From positions 39,174 to 103,173 of IMG/VR virus record IMGVR_UViG_3300008255_000114: a stretch of DNA of 64,000 bases, one strand, 5' to 3'. The stretch is from a virus. The notes under the pieces are model-generated. The model had not been told where the DNA came from and ran no database searches. It saw nothing but the letters and a program-made list of their open reading frames with translations. Positions 56,139 through 64,000 of the stretch are shown in pieces. Each line of letters opens with the position of its first letter. Within the stretch, counting starts at the first letter, position 1. Made by a program: the position numbers and the translations under genes.

Positions 56139-56347
56139 TACTTTTTAGTATTCCACACAGAAGCTTTATCTAAGATAGATGAAACCACACCAAGGTATTG
56201 CTTAGCTTTAGCTACAAACTCATCATCTTTAGTTGTTGGGGTGATCTTTGCAAAAGTATCAAGTGCACCAACTACTGCAGTTGCGAATACTACTAATGCA
56301 CCAAAGTACATTAAACCATCTTGAAAGTATTGAATATATAGTTCCAT
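56138..56347 (-). CDS. putative holin
   Basis: hydrophobic helix followed by ITPTTKDD; directly upstream of the spanins. Confidence 0.55.
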   Translation of the reverse strand: MELYIQYFQDGLMYFGALVVFATAVVGALDTFAKITPTTKDDEFVAKAKQYLGVVSSILDKASVWNTKK

Positions 56348-56378
56348 TTTATTTACCTTTTTAAGTTAATTATTAATT

Positions 56379-57203
56379 TTATGCTGTTCGTAACCATCGG
56401 TTATAAACTACGTAAGTTTGTGTGATGTTGAATGGGTCTCCAGCACCAGTAGAGTTGTTAGTGGCTAGAGTGAACTGAGAAGCTTCTGCAGTTCCTGCAC
56501 CACTTGCCATTTTGTTGCTTTCGGTACCTGCCTCATCATACATATCCCAGTTTGTTGCATGTTGGTGGGGTACTAGTTCAGACTGAAGCATAACGTGCTT
56601 GTATTCTCCACCAGAGCTCCCAGAGGGGAAGTTTATAGTTTCTCCTCTACTGTCTGTACCGCTGCCAGAACCTATAGATACTCTACCTTGTCCATCGGCA
56701 ACCCAAGTACCCCTACCTAAGTAAGTGTTTGGGTTAGCAGTGTTTGTTTTATTCTCATATATAGTCCCTACAGGATACACCTTATCGAAGAATGTATTAA
56801 ATAAAGTATCTGTATTAAGTCCAAGATTATCTCTTGCTGCGGAGGCACTAGGTATGTCTGATAGGTTAAGGCTACGTTGGTATACATCTAAGTTGCTACG
56901 TGCTGTTGCTTTACTAGGTAAGTCTGCTAAATTACTAGCTTTAGCTAACCCTCCTAAGTTTGACAAAGCGGTTGCAACATTTGTTACGTCTAATAAGTTT
57001 AAATCTGGTGTTAATGTCTCATTCTTTACTGCATCTGTTAATAACTGCAGGAGTTTATTTAAATGTTGTGCATTTACTGGATTTAGTCTTAACCACCCAT
57101 TATTCCAAAGGTCATCGGATATACTAAGCGTGTTTGGTGTGTTTAGTATAGGATCAATCACCACTGTATTAGCCCATACCTTTAAATCATCTTTAGCTGC
57201 CAT
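56379..57203 (-). CDS. tail fibre / baseplate wedge protein
   Basis: three NL.D....A..NL repeats; YPVGTIY..NP....G.GTW, GRV.IG.G, H.H and NI.Q.Y.V...W.RTA. Confidence 0.8.
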   Translation of the reverse strand: MAAKDDLKVWANTVVIDPILNTPNTLSISDDLWNNGWLRLNPVNAQHLNKLLQLLTDAVKNETLTPDLNLLDVTNVATALSNLGGLAKASNLADLPSKATARSNLDVYQRSLNLSDIPSASAARDNLGLNTDTLFNTFFDKVYPVGTIYENKTNTANPNTYLGRGTWVADGQGRVSIGSGSGTDSRGETINFPSGSSGGEYKHVMLQSELVPHQHATNWDMYDEAGTESNKMASGAGTAEASQFTLATNNSTGAGDPFNITQTYVVYNRWLRTA

Positions 57204-57217
57204 GTTATATGACCTCC

Positions 57218-57913
57218 TTAGTTTATAATAACTTGTGCAAGAAGTCCTTCAGACTCTGTTACAGAAGTTCCTGTTGATGTTGTAAGTGCTAGTTCGTCTC
57301 CGTCAAATAAAGTTAGCGGTGTTAGTTCCCCACCAGAGAATATTACAAATTCATCTACTCCTGTCCAATCAAGGTAGGCATATTGAGTATTAGTCTCATC
57401 CCCTGCTTCATTTCTCCAAGAAGGTACAAATCTATCTCCATTGATATTATTAACAACAGTTACACTAACACCTGCTGGTTTTATATTATCTATAAGATTA
57501 TATAATCCTGTAGCATCTACTGATTCATCAATCTGGATTACATTGAATAAGGAAGCTGGGAAATAGTCTATTATTCTTGAGTTAGTTGAACCTGTTTGCT
57601 GCTTTGTGATATCAATGATAATGTTTGGGGTACCGTCACTATTATTCGATGCCACCTTAAGTAATAGAGCTAATCTATACTGTGCATCAGTCCTAGATTT
57701 TCTTGCTTCCCCTACTATCTTTCCAATGTAATCTAACCACACACCTATTGCAGTGTTTATATTCTTTTGGTCTGCTATAGATAGAGTGGCTACTTCTATT
57801 TCTTGTACTTGCTCTAAGAATAATTGTATAAGTTTATTGAAGTTATCTTTATCTAAGAAATCTATATTCCTAGCAAGCCCTTGTTCAATTTGATCTATTA
57901 ACTTAGGTAACAT
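57218..57913 (-). CDS. baseplate wedge protein (DUF2612-like)
   Basis: A.G.WLD.IG.IVG..R, D..YR..L..K...N...GT and PAGV. Confidence 0.75.
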   Translation of the reverse strand: MLPKLIDQIEQGLARNIDFLDKDNFNKLIQLFLEQVQEIEVATLSIADQKNINTAIGVWLDYIGKIVGEARKSRTDAQYRLALLLKVASNNSDGTPNIIIDITKQQTGSTNSRIIDYFPASLFNVIQIDESVDATGLYNLIDNIKPAGVSVTVVNNINGDRFVPSWRNEAGDETNTQYAYLDWTGVDEFVIFSGGELTPLTLFDGDELALTTSTGTSVTESEGLLAQVIIN

Positions 57914-57923
57914 ATAATCTCCA

Positions 57924-59366
57924 TTATGTTAATAGTGGAACTCTATCTACAGAAAATATTAGATTAGTTACATTGTTTACAGGTATTCTTGCAGTAGAAT
58001 AAAAAGGGGTGTCAGTTGGTAAGTCTGTAATAGCTACTTCAATCTTTGAAATATAGACACCAGTTACTTTAGAGTAGATATTTCCATAAAATTTAGTTGG
58101 TTCTAAGTCCTCTCCTCTGTAAAAACCATCTCCTGTTTCAACCACAGCCTCTTTAATTTGATCTGGGCCGTCAGGTAGGAATTCTTCTTCAGAGTTTATT
58201 ACATATGTAATTCTCACCCACGCATACTTATTATCAAACCTAGAGAACTTAACTAATTGATCATCTCCATTGTGATCTACAATTACTACTGAGGTATCTC
58301 CCCAAGTTTCAATTCCTGCTGGTTTAGTTTCCCAGATAACATTTGCAATTGAACTGTCTAACCCACCTGCTACATAAGTCTCATAGCTCTTAGGAGGACG
58401 ACCATCAGCATCTTCTGCGAATGTGGTATTCTCTATTACATATGCAAATGAAACCCCTGTAATGTCACTTATAGATGCTTCTATTGAAGGTTTGGTTGCA
58501 GTACCAGTAGATTGTTCCCTCGTTTCCATTCTCACACGTAGTTCAGCGTCGGACTCTTCATTTCTTCCAATGTTAAAGTCATTTTCATTATTAACTGTTG
58601 AGATGCCAATTACAGGAGACCCCAGCAATGTTAGTGTGTTAGCATAGAAATCAATTGCACCTGCAGTACCTGCTGTAGCTTCTACTAAAGAAGATACTGA
58701 TACTAAGTTAATATTGCCACTATTAGATGTAAGTAAGTTATTATTAGAAGTGTTTGAGGATACTACAATATTACCTCCAACATAGACTGCAGAGTATAGT
58801 TCTCCACCACCTAAAGTAATTGCATCAGCTAAATCTTTTGATACAGAGTTTACTGTATTACCAGAGACTGCAGTTATACTATATAAATCCCCATTAACTG
58901 TTATAGTGTATATACCACCAACTAACACTGTGGGGATAATTAATCTAGTTTGGTTACAAGATAGCCTACTTAATGTAAGCACATTATTTGTCAGTACAAC
59001 TTCTTTGTTAACTGTAGACTTAACTGGAGTGAATGCTGGAACTACCGTATTATTTGTACCAGTGAATAACAATACCCCATTACTACTGCTTGCCAATAGT
59101 CTGGTTAACCCAATCAATGCTGCAAGGTCTGATAGGTACTTACCTTCAGCTTTATCTCGGTTACCTTGGTCAGCAACAGAAGCAGATAAGTCCCACTGAT
59201 CCTTTAAAGCTGCACCAAACAAACCTACTAATACCCCAAATATAGAATCTGGTGTAGTTGGAAATTGTTCTCCAAAGTATTCTGGTGTCTTAGCTCCAGT
59301 TGCCAATTCTTCTACTATATCTGTATATTGTTTATTTTCAAAACCTTGTGATGTTACACCACTCAT
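57924..59366 (-). CDS. baseplate J-like protein
   Basis: AEG..L..LA, G...ESDAELR.R, V.EN.T...D..G.PP.S and KPAGI.T.G. Confidence 0.88.
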   Translation of the reverse strand: MSGVTSQGFENKQYTDIVEELATGAKTPEYFGEQFPTTPDSIFGVLVGLFGAALKDQWDLSASVADQGNRDKAEGKYLSDLAALIGLTRLLASSSNGVLLFTGTNNTVVPAFTPVKSTVNKEVVLTNNVLTLSRLSCNQTRLIIPTVLVGGIYTITVNGDLYSITAVSGNTVNSVSKDLADAITLGGGELYSAVYVGGNIVVSSNTSNNNLLTSNSGNINLVSVSSLVEATAGTAGAIDFYANTLTLLGSPVIGISTVNNENDFNIGRNEESDAELRVRMETREQSTGTATKPSIEASISDITGVSFAYVIENTTFAEDADGRPPKSYETYVAGGLDSSIANVIWETKPAGIETWGDTSVVIVDHNGDDQLVKFSRFDNKYAWVRITYVINSEEEFLPDGPDQIKEAVVETGDGFYRGEDLEPTKFYGNIYSKVTGVYISKIEVAITDLPTDTPFYSTARIPVNNVTNLIFSVDRVPLLT

Positions 59367-59378
59367 TTTATTATTCCT

Positions 59379-59789
59379 CTAGATATTTAATGTTATAGAG
59401 GGAAAGGCTATTTCTACACCATTAGCAATTGCTGAAAATGTGTATGTAAACACTCTAGAACTTTCATTGAATTTATAACTTGATTTTAAACTTGTGATGA
59501 AAGGTAACTCTACAATATATTTATCTAAAGATGCACTAACAAACTGCCCAGCATTAGGAGACTTATCACCTAAGAAATATCTTAAGTTACTCTCTAAACT
59601 TTCCTTTGGATTATAAATATAAGGTAATCCTTTTGTAATATCTGCAAACCATTCAGTTAAATTTAAACTAAGAGCTTGAGTTAACCTTTGTTCTGCTTCT
59701 GTTCTATAATCTGGTGTAAGTTGTAACCCATCTGCATTATCAACTCCGAAGTCTAAGTCACCAGTTAGTGTGCTTAATAAGAAATCCAT
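59379..59789 (-). CDS. baseplate protein (gp25/W-like position)
   Basis: GDL, L....EWF.D...GLPY; between spike and baseplate J. Confidence 0.7.
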   Translation of the reverse strand: MDFLLSTLTGDLDFGVDNADGLQLTPDYRTEAEQRLTQALSLNLTEWFADITKGLPYIYNPKESLESNLRYFLGDKSPNAGQFVSASLDKYIVELPFITSLKSSYKFNESSRVFTYTFSAIANGVEIAFPSITLNI

Positions 59790-59800
59790 ATTATGTTACC

Positions 59801-60529
59801 TTATGATAATGGAGGCACTGTGTTACTATGGTTGTGTTGATAAACTTCTGCTCCACCTACAGTTAAACTATTTCCACTTATTGTAGCAGTGCCAGAAACT
59901 TCAATATTACCACCAACCTTTAAATCTCCTGTAGTCTCCACTAAAGGTGTATCTAAAATAGCCTTAGCACACTTACCTATAATCTGTCCTGTAGTCTCTA
60001 TGGATACGTCAGAGGTTGTGACAACACTAATATTACCGTCTGGTTTGATAGTTATAGTGGTATTTTTATGTCTGGTGATAAAGTCTGTCTTACTAGGGGA
60101 TTGGTTATTACTACGAGTACCAAAACCGTGTTCTACCCAACAGTCTCTTATATCTGCAACCATATTAATAGGTTCATCTACTGCTATGCCAGAGTTATCT
60201 AAGAAGGTGTTTAGGTTTCTGTGCGCCCAGTGTAAGGTAACTAAATCACCAACTTCTATTGGACGGCACTGAGAAAACCCACCACCTGCTGGTAACTTTA
60301 CAAATACCTTTCGTATAAGTACAGATTGGATTATTGCTTCGTCTTCATATACATCGTTTATAACACCCCTAACGTCCACACACTGCATTGTTTCATAATC
60401 ATCTATACCTACTACTGTTGCAGGTAGTGCTATGTACAAATCCTCTCTGGTGAAGTCTGTGAGTGCCTTCTGGATGATTTCTGGAGTACTTTGGGTACCA
60501 ATATCAATAGGTCGTCTTTGTGCTACCAT
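59801..60529 (-). CDS. baseplate central spike (gp138/gpV-like)
   Basis: ALPATVV, GGG....PI..GD.V and beta-helix repeats; C-terminal HxH metal-binding motif. Confidence 0.8.
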   Translation of the reverse strand: MVAQRRPIDIGTQSTPEIIQKALTDFTREDLYIALPATVVGIDDYETMQCVDVRGVINDVYEDEAIIQSVLIRKVFVKLPAGGGFSQCRPIEVGDLVTLHWAHRNLNTFLDNSGIAVDEPINMVADIRDCWVEHGFGTRSNNQSPSKTDFITRHKNTTITIKPDGNISVVTTSDVSIETTGQIIGKCAKAILDTPLVETTGDLKVGGNIEVSGTATISGNSLTVGGAEVYQHNHSNTVPPLS

Positions 60530-61533
60530 TACATTGGTTCTCCTCTTACAGTGACATTCCAGTTAGCTCCAGTAAAATCAGCCTCAACTTTTAATGTAGT
60601 TACTTTGTAAGTACCAGCTAAAGTTTTAGAGGTCTCAGGGAGTATTGTGAAGAACTGCCCTAATTCTATAGGTATTAAAAATGTAGTTAATTGAACACCA
60701 CGTTTAATATTAGTATTGTCATAGTACTTAGCACCATTCTGGATAATAGGGTCTAGCGCTAACACACCATTGATTGGTATTGTGTAAGTATTCCTTCCTA
60801 TTAATAAATACTCAGGTGTACCGTTTACTAATTGAAAAGGTTGTAGGTTATACTTACCATTGAACCTAAAGTAATTAACTCCGTAACTTTTACATAAACG
60901 ATCAAACTCTTTAAGTAGGATACCTTGAATACTTTTACCACCAGTAACTTTTTCTGTTTCTAAGTATTGAATTGCCATCGTACCGATTGTACCTGATGGG
61001 AATGTTTTAATCATATCAGTAAGGATATCTTTAACTGACATTGACTCATCATACTGTAAACTTACTCTAGTATTTTTATTATCAACAAAACCATCTTTAG
61101 CTGTGATAGCATAAACTATATCATCACCGTTACGTTTAGGTTGAATATCATATATGTCACCAGAATAATATAAATCTAATGAATTATCTGAATCATAACC
61201 TAACCATACTTGTATCTGACTGTTCTCAGTATGTAATATACCAAGAGTGTCTTCATTTAAATTAGCTAATTCTATTGTAGTTTTTTCATTTGCTGCACCA
61301 CCTCCCACACCACCACGGGTTGATTCCATCTTGAAATAGAAACCACGTTTACTGTTTGGTGGTATATTAGAAAGGTTAATTATCTTCCCTGCTGGCACTG
61401 TGGTAGCATCTACTTTAAACTCTGGTGCTGGAAGATTTCCAACCACTTCACCAACTGTAGTGTATGCTTCTGTGTTTCTTTGTGGAACACCTATGATTAT
61501 TTTCATGCGGCGTCCGAATGCTGTTTTAGACAT
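60529..61533 (-). CDS. baseplate hub protein
   Basis: I.L.NL, LGY....L.YSG.I and I.A.DG; position upstream of the spike. Confidence 0.7.
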   Translation of the reverse strand: MSKTAFGRRMKIIIGVPQRNTEAYTTVGEVVGNLPAPEFKVDATTVPAGKIINLSNIPPNSKRGFYFKMESTRGGVGGGAANEKTTIELANLNEDTLGILHTENSQIQVWLGYDSDNSLDLYYSGDIYDIQPKRNGDDIVYAITAKDGFVDNKNTRVSLQYDESMSVKDILTDMIKTFPSGTIGTMAIQYLETEKVTGGKSIQGILLKEFDRLCKSYGVNYFRFNGKYNLQPFQLVNGTPEYLLIGRNTYTIPINGVLALDPIIQNGAKYYDNTNIKRGVQLTTFLIPIELGQFFTILPETSKTLAGTYKVTTLKVEADFTGANWNVTVRGEPM

Positions 61534-61637
61534 TAAATTGGAACACCTTTATCTTGAATTGGAACATACCCTAACTATAACATAAATAAAGATATGAATC
61601 AATTAATGTATGTAGTATACTCTATTTACAGATAAAT

Positions 61638-61660
61638 AAAAGCCAACCCGAAGGTTGGCT
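61638..61660 (-). terminator. terminator with UUCG tetraloop
   Basis: minus strand AGCCAACC-TTCG-GGTTGGCT-TTT. Confidence 0.85.
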
Positions 61661-61664
61661 AATG

Positions 61665-62030
61665 TCATCTCTTATTGATACCATACTCAATCATTTCTGA
61701 TTCTGTGAAGTAGAACAAACCCCAAGCATTACCTTCACCAAAGTTATCTTTAGTTAAGGTGTTTGTATAGTCACCCGTTCTATTAAGTACCCACATATCG
61801 CCAGAGAATAAACCAGTATTTAGTCTACTATACCTCCAAGTGATATTCTGTGGTTCACTTATAAGTGTTAAACCTAAAAGTATTGGATTATCATCTGTAT
61901 CATAAATAGAGACATACCAACCATTACGGTTAGTATATCCAACATGAATACGATAGTTTATACTTTCAATCTGGTAATCTCTTACTTCGATAACAAGAGG
62001 GTCGCCAGTACAATTGAATTCAATAGTCAT
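61665..62030 (-). CDS. virion structural protein (baseplate-associated)
   Basis: Y..R..WY.SIYD....PI..G..L; tail operon. Confidence 0.65.
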   Translation of the reverse strand: MTIEFNCTGDPLVIEVRDYQIESINYRIHVGYTNRNGWYVSIYDTDDNPILLGLTLISEPQNITWRYSRLNTGLFSGDMWVLNRTGDYTNTLTKDNFGEGNAWGLFYFTESEMIEYGINKR

Positions 62031-62596
62031 TAAGTAAGCCCCTTAACAATGCCTTTCTGAGTCAACTCAAAGCCATCTATAATAGTTTTAGTTCCTGTCT
62101 TAGGATCAGTCTTACCAGATAAACTAGAGCCTGTATCTGCACTTGGTTTTACTGTAACAGTAGTTAACGTATCAAGTGAAGCCTTCATACCAAAATCTAA
62201 TTGTTGTATTGATAGGTTTACTGCTAAACTATCCTTACCTTCTTTCATATAAGAAAAACTTGTTATAACACAATTATCAAATGAAGGTATCATCCTGTCT
62301 TCAGTACCATACAGAGTAAATACTACCACATCGTCAATAACTTGATTAACTAGAGTAATATAATCTTCTGGTGCAGGAGAGTCATTCCTCACTTTAGTTT
62401 GGTTAATTGTACCAACTAAGTTTATACTAGGTAAGTCTGGGTGGTAATGATCACTAACCTTGACACCAGACTGCAGCGTGTGTTGAGCTACTGATGCAGA
62501 ACGTGTCACTTCCATAGAAGAAGTAACGTCCAACACCAATATAGTAGTGCCGTCCTTGGCTAGGAGGAACACTACGTTTTTTAATAAACTAGCCAT
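62030..62596 (-). CDS. tail tube initiator / Dit-like protein
   Basis: H..QSG..VSDH....P..I.L.G; follows the tape-measure gene. Confidence 0.65.
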   Translation of the reverse strand: MASLLKNVVFLLAKDGTTILVLDVTSSMEVTRSASVAQHTLQSGVKVSDHYHPDLPSINLVGTINQTKVRNDSPAPEDYITLVNQVIDDVVVFTLYGTEDRMIPSFDNCVITSFSYMKEGKDSLAVNLSIQQLDFGMKASLDTLTTVTVKPSADTGSSLSGKTDPKTGTKTIIDGFELTQKGIVKGLT

Positions 62597-63541
62597 TAGT
62601 TTTGTACCGCCCTTATTTCAGATTGAATTGCATCTTTAACTGGACCACTATTGGCAATAGTAACACCCATCCTCTCAGCATCAGCACCAATGGTAACATT
62701 AACTGCTGGCATTTTATTCTCCACGAAGAATCTAGGCAATCCAGTAAAGTCAGTAACAGTTTTATCTATAGACTTTAAGAAATCACCCATTATTGGTATT
62801 GCATTAATATAACCTTCTGCAACTGCACCACCACCAGATGCAACCCTAGCAGCATTAATACCCTCGCGAGGATCATATAATACACCAATCTTATTTCTAG
62901 AGAATAGGAGGTTATCTATCTCTTCTGCCCAAAATGCAATCTCTTTTACCATCCCAAGTAGGATTGCTATCTGTCCTACAAACGGGATAGCCTTTGCACC
63001 CCAACCACCAAATATTTTACCAAGCCACGCTGCTGGTCCAATCATAGCTAATAGATACTCTCTACCACTACCAATTTGGTCTGTTACACTTTTTAATACA
63101 GCCCCCATTGATATTAACATTGGTGTTAAATATTTCACACCATCTGAAATTAAGGAGAATACTGAGCCTATTATTTTACCAAGAGATTGCCATAGTGGTT
63201 TGAGAGCAACCACAGACTTTGCAGTCTCGTTAAATAGCTCTGTCAATCCATCAGCAAATCCAGACTTAAATATCAAGTCACCAGCCTCTTGGAATGATAA
63301 ACCTAAACGGTTCATTGCCACACGGTTAGACAACATGGCTTTGTCTAAACCACCGTTAGCACGAGCAGCCTCAGACATACGTTTAGCAAAGAATGGTAAT
63401 ACCTTTTCAGATATCAATCCCCCAGTTTGCTGTAGTGCCATCATAGATGCAACGGAACCATCTAATGTTAAACCTGCATCTTTTGCTGCAAGTCCCATCA
63501 AGGATATTGCATTCGGAAGTACCTCTCCCATTTGGAGTTTT
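62596..63541 (-). CDS. tape measure protein, 3' exon
   Basis: KLQMGE.LP.A...M..A tape-measure motif starts mid-domain; Ala/Gly-rich helical sequence; in-frame TGA at 63541-63543 unless spliced. Confidence 0.75.
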
Positions 63542-64000
63542 CATTTATATACCTAAATTTTCACTTAGGATTAGACTATATCTTAACCCTGACGGGCCTG
63601 TATTTTCGAGTATTAATCTACCCTACATCCTTTTGGATTAGTCTTTTGAGGTTATACCCCTTTCTGCGTTGGCTTTTAGATATATACTTACCCACCCACC
63701 AAGTGTAACTTTCGCTAATATTTTCAAAAGTATTTCTATACTTTATATTATTGACAGACTTCTTGTTGATTATTTCAATAGAATCATATAAGTCACATAT
63801 GTATTTACACCCAAAACCATATTCAAGTAAATCACATATCTGACCTGCTAATATAATATTTAAATTATCTGTAGGTTCAGGTTGGAGTTTATAATCTTTT
63901 GTAAACCAAGAATACAAAGCCCCTCTTCGGAGCTTACTTATCTTATTTTTACTTATACCAGTAATAGTGTGTATTTCTAAGGTAGATTTACCACCCTCTA
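63542..64000 (-). mobile_element. 3' part of a group I intron in the tape-measure gene
   Basis: S element AAGATATAGTCT (63584-63573), P9 hairpin CCTAAG-TGAAAA-TTTAGG, terminal G at 63542. Confidence 0.8.
63618..64000 (-). CDS. intron-encoded homing endonuclease, C-terminal part (open to window edge)
   Basis: frame open to 64000; tandem HTH-like repeats (GISKNKISKLRRG..YSW; ICDLLE.G...SVNNIK...F..I). Confidence 0.6.
   Translation of the reverse strand, partial: EGGKSTLEIHTITGISKNKISKLRRGALYSWFTKDYKLQPEPTDNLNIILAGQICDLLEYGFGCKYICDLYDSIEIINKKSVNNIKYRNTFENISESYTWWVGKYISKSQRRKGYNLKRLIQKDVG

Noticed and set aside
62596-63531. Stand-alone 311-aa protein starting at ATG 63531
   Set aside because: It begins mid-domain with no RBS and is better explained as the 3' exon of an intron-split tape-measure gene.
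1080-63641. Antisense and nested ORFs in the six-frame track (e.g. 1080-1289, 42032-42394, 53880-54218, 56725-57228, 59889-60272, 63200-63556)
   Set aside because: They lie opposite or inside well-supported genes and lack an RBS and recognisable motifs.

Overview
AT-rich segment of a lytic tailed dsDNA phage (contractile-tail baseplate genes, T7-type primase-helicase, family A DNA polymerase, rIIA/rIIB). The host is probably a gammaproteobacterium: the ThyA is Vibrio/Pasteurella-type, and the LexA, Fur and DnaA motifs are gammaproteobacterial. Layout: (i) 1-26.1 kb, + strand: nucleotide metabolism and accessory genes (thyA, DHFR, dam, nrdAB, GH108 endolysin, phoH, ClpP-like, DNA ligase, serine recombinase, RlmN-like radical SAM enzyme, rIIAB). 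(ii) 26.4-28.3 kb: an ORF-free ~2 kb region with ordered blocks of host-regulator sites (3-4 LexA boxes, 4 Fur boxes, NtrC/sigma54-like palindromes, DnaA boxes), followed by a winged-helix gene. (iii) 29.7-38.4 kb, - strand: small early/host-takeover-type genes with many sigma70 promoters and intergenic hairpins, two very acidic proteins and denV. (iv) 38.5-52.6 kb, + strand: replication genes (RNase H, primase-helicase, intein-containing PolA, SSB-like). (v) 52.7-64 kb, - strand: tail, baseplate and lysis genes, ending in a tape-measure gene interrupted by a group I intron. The main candidates for new biology are the non-coding multi-regulator decoy array, a small protein carrying rearranged EF-Tu GTPase motifs, an RlmN-like enzyme lacking its canonical resolving cysteine, and the tape-measure intron. 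All calls come from motif reading by eye; no database searches were run.
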